This document shows, one piece after another, positions 31,278 to 50,438 of a DNA stretch of 64,000 nucleotides; within the stretch, counting starts at the first letter, position 1; each line of letters starts with the position of its first letter. The DNA is taken from contig NW_027361681.1 in assembly GCF_039654945.1 (NCBI RefSeq), forward strand, positions 3,968,001-4,032,000, in the 5' to 3' direction. Under the pieces are notes generated by a model. That model made no database searches. It saw nothing but the letters and a program-made list of their open reading frames with translations, and was not told the origin of the DNA. This stretch comes from Dendrobates tinctorius (lineage: Eukaryota). Position numbers and translations under genes: made by a program.

Positions 31278-33580
31278 AATAAATTTTATTTCTATAGCGC
31301 CGACATATTCCGCAGCACTTTACATTTCAGAGGGTACTCGTACAGACGATAGACATTAAAGCATAACAATGACATAGATCATAACAGATACCAAGAGGAA
31401 TGAGGGCCCTGCTCGCAAGCTTAGAATCTATTAGGAAAGAGGGAGACAGGAAAGGTGGGTGGTAACAGTTGCCCTGATTGTATGGACCAGCCATAATAAG
31501 TGTGTAACAGTACAGATACAGAGGGCTAATGGATGCATAAAGCATGTGGGAACATGATGCGGGGAACATGGTTATTGTAAAAACTTTTGGCTGTGTTAAT
31601 AGGGATAGATTAGGTTAATGTGTTGAGGCGGTAGGCCAGTCTGAATAAATGAGTTTTCAGGGCACGCTTAAAATTGTGGGGATTGGGGACTAATTGTATT
31701 GACCTGGGAAGTGCATTCCAAAGAATTGGCACAGCACATGTAAAGTCTTGGAGACGGGAGTGGGAGGTTCTGGGCGCGGGTAGGATGGTATACTGAAACA
31801 AGGGAGGAGATGTAGGGTGGTGCTGAGCCATGAAGAGCTTCGTGGGTGAGGGTAATAAGTTTGTACTGGATTCTGGAGTGGATGGGTAGCCAGTGTAATG
31901 ACTGGCACAAGGTAGAGGCATCGGTGTAACGATTGGTGAGGAATATGATCCTGGCAGCAGCATTCAAGACAGATTGGAGGGGGGAGAGTTTGGTAAGAGG
32001 AAGATCGATTAGAAGAGAGTTACAATAGTCGAGACGAGAATGAATAAGAGAAACAGTAAGAGTTTTTGCAGAGTCAAAAGTAAAAAAAAAAAGGTCGAAT
32101 TCTAGAAATGTTTTTGAGGTGCAGATAACAAGAGCGAGCCAGTGATCGTATGTGGGAGACAAAGGAAAGCTCGGAATCAAGTATGACCCCAAGACAATGG
32201 GCATGTTGCTGGGGAGTAATAGTGGAACCACACACAGAAATGGCAATGTCGGGTATAGGTGCATTAGTAGAGGGAGGAAACACCAGGAGTTCAGTCTTTT
32301 ACAGTTTCAGATATAGTGAGGACATGATGTTAGACACAGCGTTTAGACAATTGCCTGTGTTTTCTAGAAAGGCTGGCGTGATGTCTGGAGAAGAAGCGTA
32401 TAATTGGGTGTCATCAGCATAGAGATGGTACTGGAAACCAAATCTGATTGTTTGACCAATAGGGGCAGTATACAAAGAGAAGAGGAGGGGGCCTAGAACC
32501 GATCCTTGAGGAACCCCAACAGTAAGGGGAAGGTGAGAGGAGGAGGAACCGGCAAAAGATACAGTAAAGGAGCGGTCAGAGAGATAGGAGGAGAACCAAG
32601 AGAGAACGGTGTCCTTGAGGCAAATGGAACGGAGCATAGTGAGGAGGAGCTGATGATCCACAGGGTCGAATGCTGCAGAGAGATCCAAGAGAATTAGCAT
32701 GGAGTAGTGACCATTAGATTTAGCTGTTAGTAGATCATTAGAGACTTTAGTGAGGGCAGTTTCAGTAGAATGTAAAGAGCGGAAACCAGATTGGAGAGGG
32801 TCGAGAAGAGCGTTTTCTGAAAGATAGCTGATAAGACGGGAGTGGACCAGGCGTTCCAGGAGTTTAGAGATGAAAGGAAGATTAGAGACAGGTCTATAGT
32901 TAGCGGCACAGTTTTGGTCGAAGGATGTTTTTTTTAAGTAGTGGATATATGATGGCATGCTTAAATGAGGAGGGAAAGATACCAGAAGAGAGAGAGAGGT
33001 TAAATATTTTAGTTAGGTGAGGGGTGACAGCAGGGGAAAGGGACTGGAGGAGATGTGACGGACATGGGTCACTGGTGCAAGTGGTTGGGCTAGAAGATGC
33101 AAGGAGCCTGCTTACTTCTGTGACTGGTTCAGAGAGTGAGCTAGATGCAGTGGGGGAGGGAGGACAGTGCATGGTATGAGGTGATTGGGAGATAATTTCC
33201 TGGATCTGGTCAATTTTTTTCTTTGAAGTAATTGGCCAGATCGTCAGCTCGAAGCTCCGTGGTTGGGGCGAGTAGAGAATGAAAAGTGTCAAAGAGACGT
33301 TTAGGGTTATTGGACAGTGAGGTGATGAGGGTGTTGAAATAGGTTTGTTTTGAGAGGTGAAGGGCAGTGTTGTATGTTCGAAGCATAAACTTGTAATGGA
33401 TGAAATCTTCAGGTAGGTTGGATTTTCGCCACAGACGTTCGGCGCACCGCTGCAGGAAACGTGTTTGCAGGGTGTGCCAGGGTTGTCGCCGTCTGTGTTG
33501 TGGTGTTTTATGTATAGGAGGTGCAAATTCATCCAGGGCACTTTGAAGTGTTTCATTGTAATGCTTCAATGCAGAATTAG
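31278..33580 (-). mobile_element. 5'-truncated, decayed L2 LINE (ORF2 RT)
   Basis: ORF 32299-32958 with [39 protein letters not shown]; SRLDYCNSLL and LHWLPI further 3'; FKRALKTHLF terminus; 3' tail tgtaaagtgctgcggaatatgtcggcgctata. Confidence 0.93.
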
Positions 33581-36179
33581 AATCTAGGGGTTGTCCACTA
33601 CTTTTAATCAGCTCAGAGAAGTTATGCATTTGCACCACTGCAGATTGGCCTCTGCCTGGTAAAAGACTAGTGGTCACTAAGGACCAAGCCCCCTGAAATC
33701 AACTGTTCGGGGGCAACAGTCATCTGTCTATAACACTCTGAGCACCCTCGGAGGGACTGCCGTCAGCAATTTGTGTCTTTGACTCGGGCACTAGCAGGTT
33801 TTAGAGAATTGTTCTGCTGGGTCAGCATAATCGGGGTTAGGGTACGTGAACACGCTGCAGATAAATCCACAGGTCAAAATACCTGCGGTTTCACCATCTC
33901 CTCAATGGAGGAGATAGGAATCCGCAGAAAGAATTGACATGTCAATTCTTTCTGCGGTTTAGAAACCGCGAAAAATTCTGCAGAGTCTGCACAGCCACAG
34001 CGCCTGTGATGACATATAAGCATCATCCTCACACTCGGCATTGGCCTTTAGGAGCCACCGCACTGCCTCCTCATTACCCATCAACATTTCACGCTATAAG
34101 CTCACTCATTCAAAATCTGTCATTTTCTATATGCTGCTCCTATGCAGGGCTATGTGTCTCCATGGCTACAGACTGCAAGTTAACCATTGATTATGCAGTG
34201 ATGCATTACTTGCTTGTTCCTGTGATTCTGCAGGAAGTAGCGGACAGATGAAACAAGCTGAACCCTCGGCCAATGCAATACTCTGCAGTGTGGAAATGTC
34301 CTTGCAGAAAATGGAGCATTTGAGGAAACTTAAAGGGACGTACCACCTTAGAAAGAAAGTCAATAAGATTTTGTGCTTCAAAATGTGTTGGACAGAAGTG
34401 TATCCTCCCTTGCTGTGGTTGCATTACCCACCAGGCCAGCAGGGTGGGTGACACTTGGCCCTGGAGTCTTGGGGGTCTGTAAGAGAAGACAGATACTAAT
34501 GAAGTCCTGTGACGGTGCTTTGGAAGCATTTATACATTGTGCCCGGGAATCACAGCTGAGGGTTTGTTACTATTGGATTCAGTCTAGAGAATGTGCTCAT
34601 TATATTCAATGGAAATAAAAAAAACACTGTGCACATGCTGCGGATTTAAATCCACAGCATGTCAATTCTTTGTGTGGAATTGGCAGTGGTTTACACCCAC
34701 TCCATTACCAGGTGTCAAAACGCACCATCCACAACGTGTGCACACAGCCTAATAGTGTGCGGGAAATGAGGGGTCTGCTTATTTCTCACCCAACTGCAAT
34801 AAAAGAAAGAAAAAAAAAATATTTGCAAAACCTGAGCACAACAATCACTGCTTGTATCATCTGGGAAATGTCACGTCTGCAGCTCGTTTTGCACCATCAG
34901 ATTTGTTCAACTTCCATTTAAGTGAATGGAGCTGCAAATAGAAAAAAAGTGTGAGAGCTCACTGATTGTGTCCACGTTTCCATTAAAATTCAGAAGTTCT
35001 GTCATTAGTAAATGGTATAATCAAAGGTCCAAAAACAGAGGAATATCAGTCTTTTTTTGAGGACCAGAAAATATTATATAATTTTTAGTGATTTGGGACA
35101 GAGCCTTGCGTCCAGACAGGCCCAGCAGATTACACCTAAAGTGCCGTTTCCTGCATCCTGCCATACATGAACGGGGTGAGCGCAGACGCTCTGCCCCATC
35201 AGCTGCTGCAGACGAGATTGGAGAGACCCGGGGGGGGGGGGGGGGATCTGGGATTCATGTTAATTAGTAAAAAAACAGTTTTACATAAAACATGGAACCG
35301 CTGAAACTGTTCAGAGTCACAGATTTAAAGTTAAAAGGTTTATTCCCAATATTGAAAGCGATCATCTATTTTTAGGCTACACGCTGATCAATGGGGGCCG
35401 ATGGCAGAGATCCCAAAAAAGGGCATTTGAAATTTGGGGGGCTGCATAGGTGCATCCCCCATGCACACTATTGGACTGGCGGACAGGGCAGAGTGCTGCG
35501 CTCAGTACTCTCCTGTGGAATGAATGGGGTGGAACAGCACATGTAAGGCTAAGCCTCCATGCTGCAGAGGACACTTTGCAGCCCCTTTCCTGAGATCGAT
35601 GATTGTTCCTGCTGTCAGACCCCCAATCACATGTACAATTTATCACCCAGTGCCTCCACAGGGATTGGCCACCTTTAGAGACTTATTTTCCCCTCTTACT
35701 TGAATACAGGTTATTTGACTAAAAAACATTTTTGCTGGGATCCATGAAACACTTTGCAGTTTGCCTCCTCCATCCTCTTGCCGGTGAATAGATTTCTGCA
35801 GAATGAGTTAACAGAGAATGCATTAGTAAGCTTGTGCTGGGGGTCTGTACCTGTTACCTGCTTCTTCTGAGCTCCTTTCCGCTGAATTATGGCAATATGT
35901 GCAGGAAAATAAAAAGCCAAATGAGGCAAAGTGTCTCATGAAGCCCAAATACCTGCATTAAAGGAAAAGTTTCCCAAGAGGACATTCCCTTTAAATACTG
36001 GAACAATCCCAGCACATCGTGGACTTATACAAAGAGTACTGCTTTTTCCCTCATGCGCCCACATAAAAATTCTAGTAAAGGATTGCATGGACCAGAAAAA
36101 TAGGAGCAGTAAGGTACATCATATTCTGCAGGAAAGTGCTGTGACGCGGACCCTGTGTCACCTGCTGCTGAAGGGCCTG

Positions 36180-36679
36180 CTTTAACCACGTGACGGGCCT
36201 GCACTGGCCCTTTAAATCGTACCACCTGTTCATCCTGCGCTGACGTCACTTTCTGGCGCTCAAAAACCTTTTCTTTTCCCGCGAAACTCACGTCAATATT
36301 CTGAGGCTCCGCCTTCTTCCCTTGTGACGTCAGGATCATGCGACAAATCCCGCCCACCAGGCGCGCTGATTGGCTGGCGTGTACCGGCCGCGCACAGTAG
36401 CTTTTCGTTCACTGCCTTCTTTGATTGGTTTGTTGGAGTCCCAGGCCCCGCCCCTTCTGGGTGTCGCCTGTGAACGCGGTCGGTGGAGAGGCGGTGCGTG
36501 GCAGCCCAGGTCTCCCTCGTGTGGCGTCGGGGAGAGCCCGGTCGGCCGATTCTCCACGTTACCGGCGACGTGGGAGGGGCTCGTCAGCCGAAGACGTGGC
36601 GTAACCGAGGGAGGCAGCGACAGACGAGCAGGAGAGAGTGGCGTGCGTCTGGCTGTCACTCCCTCACCTCACACCGACC
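36180..36679 (+). promoter_or_regulatory. ZMYND19 CpG-island promoter and 5' UTR
   Basis: CRE TGACGTCA at 36241 and 36325, E-box CACGTG at 36187, inverted CCAAT boxes near 36369 and 36424, GC box near 36446. Confidence 0.75.
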
Positions 36680-42527
<5,848 letters not shown>

Positions 42528-42954
42528 CTCTGTGACGAGGACTCTCCTCTTCGCTGTTCACTCTCCATTACTGTTGGACATGGAGGCCGGGATGTTGTGT
42601 CTTTTATGCACACGTGCGAGTGACTGGTGGCAAACGCCAGAGGCACTGACGATGGATCCTGTGAGGCTTGAGTGGAAGGAGGCTCCAGTGCCGCGCGGAC
42701 TTCTGCCGGAGCTTCCGTTTCAGTATTGGGGGCTGCTGGCTCCGCTCTGGCCGGGGTTGGGGGGGAGGGGTTGTAATTTATGTTTGTATAATTTTCTGTA
42801 CAGTCCGTCTTTATGTTGTTTTATAATGTTTCAGGTTCTCAGATTTGCCCTTTTTTTTTTTTTTTTTTTTGTACCAGCTCTTGAGGGAATGAGGCAAAAA
42901 CCACATCTGATGCATAAAGTCCGGTCGATGGGATCTGAAATATTATGCATGTAA

Positions 42955-42960
42955 AATAAA
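42955..42960 (+). terminator. Probable ZMYND19 polyadenylation signal
   Basis: First AATAAA after the stop codon and a U-rich 3' UTR. Confidence 0.6.
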
Positions 42961-43093
42961 AGAGAAGTGGATGGGAGATGACTGGTCTGATGCTTTGGGG
43001 GGTGATCGAGCCTGAAGGGACCATGAACTACTTTGCTGGTGGGTTAGAGAGGGTCTGACCTCTAAGGCAAAAAATTTTCTTTGCAATGCAGTC

Positions 43094-43959
43094 TGTTATG
43101 AGCTCATTTTCTGCTCCACCAGCTGGGAGTTCTCCTTCCGTTCTCCCTCTGGTAGTGACAGGAGGTAGTGAGGTTAGTTTAATTGGTAATGGTCTGCCAC
43201 CTGACGAGGAGGATAGTGATTGGATCTCTGGAGTATCAGACTGGATATAAGACAGCCAACGCCCTATCCTGTTGCTGGTGATTCAGTCTGTTTCTCAGAT
43301 CTTGGACTTCAGCTCTGCTCCAGTCATCTCAAGTTAAGTTTGTTTTTTGCTAATGTTCACACTTGCTCTTGTTGGTCAACTCAGTTTGTGTTGTCAGCCA
43401 GCCGGGCTGGGCTGTGCTGAATTTCCACTCTTATTTATCTGTATTTGCCAATTTTGTCTTTTTGTCCCTTATTAGATTGGCCTCTTTTTGCTCTTTCTCA
43501 GAATATTCCAGAGTGCTGATATAGTGGGAGAAGTCTAGTGACTTCAGGGTTAATTTTGTTATCAGAAGCGTTAAACATTATTTTTGGTAGGGTTTTTTGG
43601 CAGATTGCAGACAGTATCTTTCCTTTCCTGTCCTTTCAAGTTAGTTTGGCCCCATCGTTTGCTCAGTCTATTTTTCTGCCTTTGTTTGTGTTTTTATCTT
43701 GCTTCACCGTCAATACATGTGGGGGGCTGTCTTTCCTTTGGGATCTGCTCTGGGGCAGTTAGTTTTCCTCTTTTCTTACTTTAGGCTTATTTAGCTCTCC
43801 AGTTGTGATGAGGCGTCCAGGACCACCGTAGGGTCGCTCCACGACTGCTTCTAGTGTGTTAAGATCAGGGCTCTGCAGTCTGCATAGTTACCAACCTCTC
43901 TGGTTTTCTGAGACTTAGCGTGTGTTGCTTTTTTCCTCCTCGGTGACCCATTCATAACA
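43094..43959. mobile_element. Solo LTR
   Basis: TGTTATGA...TCATAACA termini; identical flanks GCAGTC at 43088-43093 and 43960-43965; TATA-like gatataag near 43245. Confidence 0.85.
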
Positions 43960-44439
43960 GCAGTCATAGCCGGAGTACAGTACGGGACCATTGCAGCGAC
44001 TGCTGGTGATATACAACCAAGAGCGCTGCTCTGGAGGGAAGAATAACACAGAATGCTGAACTGGCGCTTTTATTATAATTCCTGTCATCCAGAAAGTCTG
44101 ATTTTCCCTTTAAAAAATAAGAGAATTGGTTTGCAGAGCCTCTTACTTTAGCTGCAAATCGCCCCTTACCTGCTGTCATCCCCAGCCCATCTATTTGAGG
44201 GAACAGAAGGATGATGGCAGATAAGTGGCGATTTGCAGGGCTGCCCTCCGGGTGATCGGGGTGCTACCATCTCTATCCAAAGTATCACATAATGCAGCAG
44301 CTCAAAGGTCACACTGATGTAAGAATAGAGATATACCAATGTAAATGTCTCCTGTTTTGAAAATATTTTGTATTGGAGCTGTATACACAAAATGGTGGCA
44401 TTTGGGGGGGCACAATAGGTAGAACGTGATTATGTGTTT

Positions 44440-44957
44440 ATGGTCCAGCCAACATTATAATAAGGCTTTTATATAAAGCTGCATGATCTGGTCAGCAGCC
44501 AGGATCTGCCTGTGCAGTCACCAACTGCTACTGGGAGCATGGAGGGTGTGGAGACAGCAGAGTATGAAGAGCAAAGTCTTTGGAAACCGGTAACAGATTA
44601 GTGCATAGAGGTGATAGGCCTGTCTAAAGATCTTTTTAAAGCACCATTAAAAAGGTAGTGGCTAGTTATTAGTTGGATCATCTGGGGTATTGTGTTCTAG
44701 AAAACAGGCGCAGCACGAGAGAAGTGTTGGAGACAGAGGTGCAAGGTTTAAATTATTGAGGATGTTAGTCTTAGATCAGTTGCAGAGAGGATAGCACATG
44801 TAGGGGTGATAGCCAGAAATGAGGAAGGAGATGTAGGGTGGTGCACAACTGTGGAGCACTCCGAGTGAGAAAGATATTTCTGTTGAACTCTGCAGTGGCT
44901 GAGCAACCAGTGCAATGGCTGAGCAACCAGTGCAATGGCTGGCACAAGGTGGAGGCG
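44440..44957 (-). mobile_element. Old L2 LINE fragment
   Basis: gaggaaggagatgtagggtggtgc and ccagtgcaatggctggcacaaggtggaggc align by eye with the L2 at 31800-31920. Confidence 0.65.
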
Positions 44958-45282
44958 CAGGGCTGGCGTCAGCACCCAGGCAAGTGTCTGGGCCCTGAGC
45001 AGGCGGGGGTGCCCACACACCGACACACTATGGGGGCTCAGTGCCACTGGCCGGGAGTACCCGCCCTTTACTCGGGGCCCTGGTACTTGAAATACTTGCC
45101 TTTCCCCATTCCTGTGCTGCTGCATCGTCCGCGTCTCCTGACTGTGATGGTTGAGGTCAGAGGGCAAGATGATATGACTAGTGTGTGCTCTGCCTGAACA
45201 GTCACAGTGGAGCGAGCCGGAAGATGGCAACACTGAGGAGTCTGGAGCAGAGCAGCGGCCAGAGAGGTGAGATGAGTATTTC

Positions 45283-45316
<34 letters not shown>

Positions 45317-45410
45317 ACTAGCTGAAGAGCCCAGCGCTGCCCAGGCATAGTAACTAACTACGGTTAGTTATAACTAATGATTATATATATATCCCTATGT
45401 ATAAAGCTGA
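45317..45410 (-). mobile_element. Helitron-like 3' terminus next to (TA)n
   Basis: Minus strand gcctgggcagcgctgggc hairpin, then 8 nt, then CTAG followed by T. Confidence 0.5.
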
Positions 45411-46369
45411 GTGCACAACTTCCAGAAGTAAAACTGGAGGTACAAATGATACCTTGCCAAAAAGATTTTGAAGATTAAAATTAATCTTTATTGATGAAGC
45501 ATAGTTAAAAATGTACAATTAAAATGCATATATAACAATTCAAGCTAACGGATCTGGAAGGAGTGCAGTCACTGGCTAGACTATAGGTAAGTACTGATGC
45601 AATGAAGCACAACTGCTATTTAAAATAAGAAATCAATAGTGAAGTAAAAAACAATACAATATAACATTCCCAGATAATGATTCACATGTGAAACATAAAG
45701 TGCATAGTGCAAGGGAATTGTTCTCTGTATGAAATGGAGTATGAGAAACTCCAGGACTATGCTAGTCCTTCAATAAATGTTTTAATCATAGATCTCCAAA
45801 ACCACAACAGAATCGCACATTAAATTATGCTCAGTATACATTGCTAGACAAAACCATGCAAACATTACAGGTGAAAAAGATTTTTTTTCTCCCTTTTAAA
45901 ATACAGTGATTTAGTACACAACAATGCAGTACTCGCTACATGGCATAAAGAAAAAAAGCAGCAAGTGTGAGGAGGTATATACCTCAAGGTGCTTCAGTGC
46001 AGGGGGACTCCAGGTGCGGTTAGTAGAGACTTGCAGTAGTCCAGATGGGAATTAATAGGGCTATGTTCCAACATTGTGTTTTTATGCAAATAAAAAGCTG
46101 TGTTTTACAGTACCAGCAAAGCTATGACATTTCAGAAATCTCATGCACACACATTAATTTCCTGACTGAATTGGAAAACTGATGCGTTTCTGAAAACAGC
46201 AGCATATCATTTCTTTCAGCATTTTTTCACCCATAGAAAGAAATTGGTAAACGCAAAAACTCAGGTATCAGGTTTTGCTGCGTTTTTAGTGAAAAAAAGC
46301 AGGTACAGCAGGATATGAAACCCATTTATTTTTGTGTTTTTTCCCAAGTTTATTTCTTGATCTCCTCAG

Positions 46370-48541
46370 GAGGAGGCTGTGCTATATACTATGGAGGGGG
46401 GGGGGGGGGGGTGGGGGGGAGGCTGTGTTATATACTATGGGGGGGGGGTGGGGGGAGGCTGTGTTATATACTATGGAGGGGGGGGTGGGGGGAGGCTGTG
46501 TTATATACTATGGATGGGGGGGGGACAGGCTGTGTTATATACTATGGAGGGGGGGAGGCTGTGTTATATACTATGGAGGGGGGGGCTGTGTTAGATACTG
46601 TGGGGGGAGAGGAGGCTGTGTTATATACTATGGAGGGGGGGGAGGCTGTGTTATATACTATGGAGGGGGGGGGGGAGGCTGTGTTATATACTATGGAGGG
46701 GGGGGCTGTGTTATCTACTATGGGGGGAGGAGGCTGTGTTATATACTATGGAGGGGGGGAGGAGGCTGTGTTATATACTATGGAGGGGGGGAGGAGGCTG
46801 TGTTAGATACTGTGGGGGGGGAGGAGGCTGTGTTATATACTATGGAGGGGGGGAGGAGGCTGTGTTAGATACTCTGGGGGGGGGGGAGGAGGAGGCCGTG
46901 CTATATACTATGGGGGTGGAAGGAGGAGGCTGTGTTATATACTATGGAGGGGAGGAGGCTGTGTTATATACTATGGGGGTGGGAGGAGGAGGCTGTGTTA
47001 TATACCATGGGTGGGAGGAGGAGGCTGTGTTATATACTATGGGGGGGGGAGGAGGAGGCTTTGTTATATACTATGGGGGGGGGAGGAGGAGGCTTTGTTA
47101 TATACTATGGGGGGGGGAGGAGGAGGCTTTGTTATATACTACAGGGGTGCTACACTATATTCCATGGGGAGGCTGTGTTATATACTATGGGGGGGGGAGG
47201 CTGTGTTAGGCTATGTGCACACGTAGTTGGAAGTGCTGCGGATTTTGAAAAATCCGCAGGTCAAAATACCTGCGGTTTACCTGCGGATTAGCACACCTCA
47301 CAATGGAGAAGGTGTTAAACCGCAGCGGAACCCGCACAAAGAATTGACATGCTGCGGATTGTAACCCGCTGCAAATCCGTGCGGAAAAATCCACAGCATG
47401 TGCACAGCGTTTTTGGTTTTACCATTGAAAACAATAGTACTGTGCAACTAGCAGAAACTGCTGCGAACCCGCAGGGCCAGAAACGCTGCGGATCCGCAGC
47501 AGAATCCACACCGTGTGCACATAGCCTTATATACTATGGGGGGGAGGCTGTGTTATATACTATGGAGGAGGAGGCTTTGTTATATACTATGGGGGGGAGG
47601 AGGCTGTGTTATATGCTACAGGGTCGCTACACTATATTCCATGGGGAGGCTGTGTTATATACTATGGGGGTACATTATATTCTATGAGGGAGGCTGTGTT
47701 ATATACTATGGGGGTACATTATAGTCTATGGGGGAGGCTGTGTTATATACTATGGGGGGTTCATTATATTCTATAGGGAGGTGGGTTGTATTATATTCTA
47801 TAGGGAGGTGGGCTGTATTATATTCTATGAGGGAAGATTGCATCATACACTTTGATGGGGCTACATTATATTCTATGGGGATTTGGGCTGTATTATATTC
47901 TATGAGGGATGATTGCATCATACTTTGATGGAGCTACATTATATTCTGTGGGGAGGTGAGCTGTATTATATTCTATGAGGGGGCTACATTATATTCTATT
48001 GGGGGCTGTATTATATTTATGAGGGGTGATTGCATCATACGCTATGAGGGGGCTAGATTATATTGTATAGGGACTTCATTATATTCTATGAGGGGGCTTA
48101 ATTATATGGGGGCTGCATTATGCTCTATGAGGAGGGCTACATTGTATTTTATGGAAGGGCTACATTATACTATATAAGGGGGCTGCATTATACTCTATGA
48201 GGGGGCTACAATATATTCTATGGAGGGGCTGTATTATGCTATATGAGGGGGGCTACATTATATTATACTATATGTAGAATTATGGGGTGTATTATACTAT
48301 GGGAAGTGAATTGTACTTCATGGATGACTATGGCGGTGCATTATACTATATGGAGCACATTATACTATATGGAGGACTGAGTGTATTTTAATATATGGAG
48401 GGCTATGAGGAGTATATTATACTATATGGAGGACTGAGTAGTGTATTATACTATATGGAGGACGGAGGAGTGTATTATACTATATGGAGGATAGAGAAGT
48501 GTATTTTACTATATGGAGGACTGTGGGAAGTGTATAATATA
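46370..48541. repeat. G-rich minisatellite (ggaggctgtgttatatactatgg plus G runs) grading into a ~31-bp ggaggactat...tattatactatat repeat
   Basis: Tandem periodicity with gradual unit drift; continues on the other side of the Gypsy element. Confidence 0.9.
47209..47526. mobile_element. MITE, Harbinger-like, inserted in the minisatellite
   Basis: Perfect TIR ggctatgtgcacacg / cgtgtgcacatagcc, TTA TSD. Confidence 0.9.
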
Positions 48542-49577
48542 CGTTAGGCGTCGAGTTTCCCCCACTGCACAGGGGGAATCTCAAGCCATGTCCTCTGCGG
48601 TCTCCTATTCTTCTGCGGCCGCAGAGATTCCTGCTCAGCAGAGGTGTCGGTCCCAGCGTCTTGCCCAGGCTAATGCTAGGTGTCTGGTTGCTCCTTCAGG
48701 CTCAGCTATAACACCATGCTTGAGTCAGCAGCGAGCAGACGATCCTGGGACCAAGTCCTGTTTATCTCTTATTGAGCATGCCCATGGGATGACCTCTCAT
48801 TGGAGGTCAGAGGTCACATGCGCAGGTCCTGTTCCTGCTCCGACTGGACCACTGGGAAGGTCCCGGAAGAACGCCACTATAAAAGAGTCGCATGGCTGCT
48901 CGGCCTTGCACTAGTATAGACTCTTATTGCTAGGTGTGTGTGTGTGATGATGAATGCTTGGAACTGGTGACTGACTCATTAAGACTCCCTCCCTCTGGTT
49001 GTGCTTGTTTGTAGGGTTTAGAGTTAGCGCCTACTAGTGGCTTCCTCTTGCGCCACTGTGCTACCACATCACAGCACCTCACTCAGCGCTATACTATGCC
49101 ATTTTGCCCTTGGCACCTCCGTACCGCATTAAGCGGCTGCATCCGCAAGTCTAGTGCTTTCCTCCCTAGTCAGGGTGGTTAGTGGCGTCCGCCAGAGCAG
49201 TGCTGTGCGCACGTAGTGCACTTTATCTATTTATTTGTCTCTTCCTGGCACCACAGTTGTGTTTAGAGGGACTCTAACCCAGTGTCTCAGGGGCAGAGTC
49301 CTGTGACTACACACTAGCGCTCACATTGCTGAGCTCTGTGAGCATAAACAGGCTATGGCATTTATATTTGGCGGTCGTGCGGCTCTGTACACGCTGGGTG
49401 AAGTTAACACCGTGTGTTCCTCTATTATACCGCCATATAACGTCCGCCATTACCGAGCAGCAGTTAACATCTCTGCACGGTGGACCCCGGGTTGCGGACA
49501 CACCTAAATACCATCTTTATATTTTGGTGCGTTCCGCCAGCCCCTAACATTATACTAGCGCCAGGGTCTAGTTAGTA

Positions 49578-50438
49578 ATGGTGGACGAACAGCGACTGCT
49601 GCGGTACATCCGGCAGCTGGAGGGCAGGTTGGTGGCTCTCGAGTGTTCAGCCTCAGTAGCGGATGTTACCACGGTGGCTGTTCAGGCAGCCACGGAGGCT
49701 GTCTCCCATGTGATCACTGCCATCCCTGCCCCGACTTTGTCCCGCCTCCCACTGCCAAAGAAGTTCTCGAGCAATAGTGCTTCATGCAGGGGTTTCGTGA
49801 GCCAGTGTGCGATACAACTAGAGCTGCTGGCTGCACGATTCCCCTCCGAGCGGGCTAAGGTGGGATTTGTCGTTTCCCTCTTGTCGGGAAGGGCTTTGGA
49901 GTGGACCACACCGCTGTGGGAGTGTGGTGATCATGTGGTGCAGAGTGCCTCTCAGTTCTTGGCCACTCTGAAGCGGGTCTTATTGGGACCGCGAGCCACC
50001 CATGACACCGCGCTCCAGCTGCTTGCATTGTTGCAGGGCTTGTCCTTGGTCAGCCATTTCGCCATCCAGTTTCGGACTCTGGCCTCAGAGTTGGAGTGGC
50101 CAGATAAGGTCCTCGTTCCGGCATTCTGTAGAGGTCTGGCTGACCATGTAAAAGACGCCCTGGCCACCAGGGAGGTTCCCACCACACAGGAGGAGCCTAT
50201 CACCGTCTCCACCCGTATAGATCTTCGCTTCACCGTGCGAAGGTTGGACCGGTCCCAGTGTAGGCAGAGGTTTAGGTTGGCACCTAGTTTCTCTAAACCC
50301 CTGGAATCTCCTGATCGGGCGTCCGAGCCTCAGGGGGCTTCTCGCGCGGGATCCGCTCGAGCATCTGTGGTCTGTCATGTTTGCCGGCAGTCTGGTCACC
50401 TTGCCAACCGGTGCCCACAGCGGTCGGGAAATCACTAG
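49578..50438 (+). CDS. Retrotransposon Gag, 286 aa, with CCHC zinc knuckle
   Basis: Open ORF; LPKKF...CRGFVSQC, AKVGFVVSLLSGRALEW, CHVCRQSGHLANRC. Confidence 0.85.
   Translation: MVDEQRLLRYIRQLEGRLVALECSASVADVTTVAVQAATEAVSHVITAIPAPTLSRLPLPKKFSSNSASCRGFVSQCAIQLELLAARFPSERAKVGFVVSLLSGRALEWTTPLWECGDHVVQSASQFLATLKRVLLGPRATHDTALQLLALLQGLSLVSHFAIQFRTLASELEWPDKVLVPAFCRGLADHVKDALATREVPTTQEEPITVSTRIDLRFTVRRLDRSQCRQRFRLAPSFSKPLESPDRASEPQGASRAGSARASVVCHVCRQSGHLANRCPQRSGNH

Noticed and set aside
34206-34618. Short ORFs between RPL12 and ZMYND19
   Set aside because: No recognisable homology or consistent splice structure.
46315-47291. Gly/Tyr/Cys-rich ORFs resembling keratin-associated or cornified-envelope proteins
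   Set aside because: Variable G-run minisatellite shifts the frame constantly, and a MITE interrupts it.
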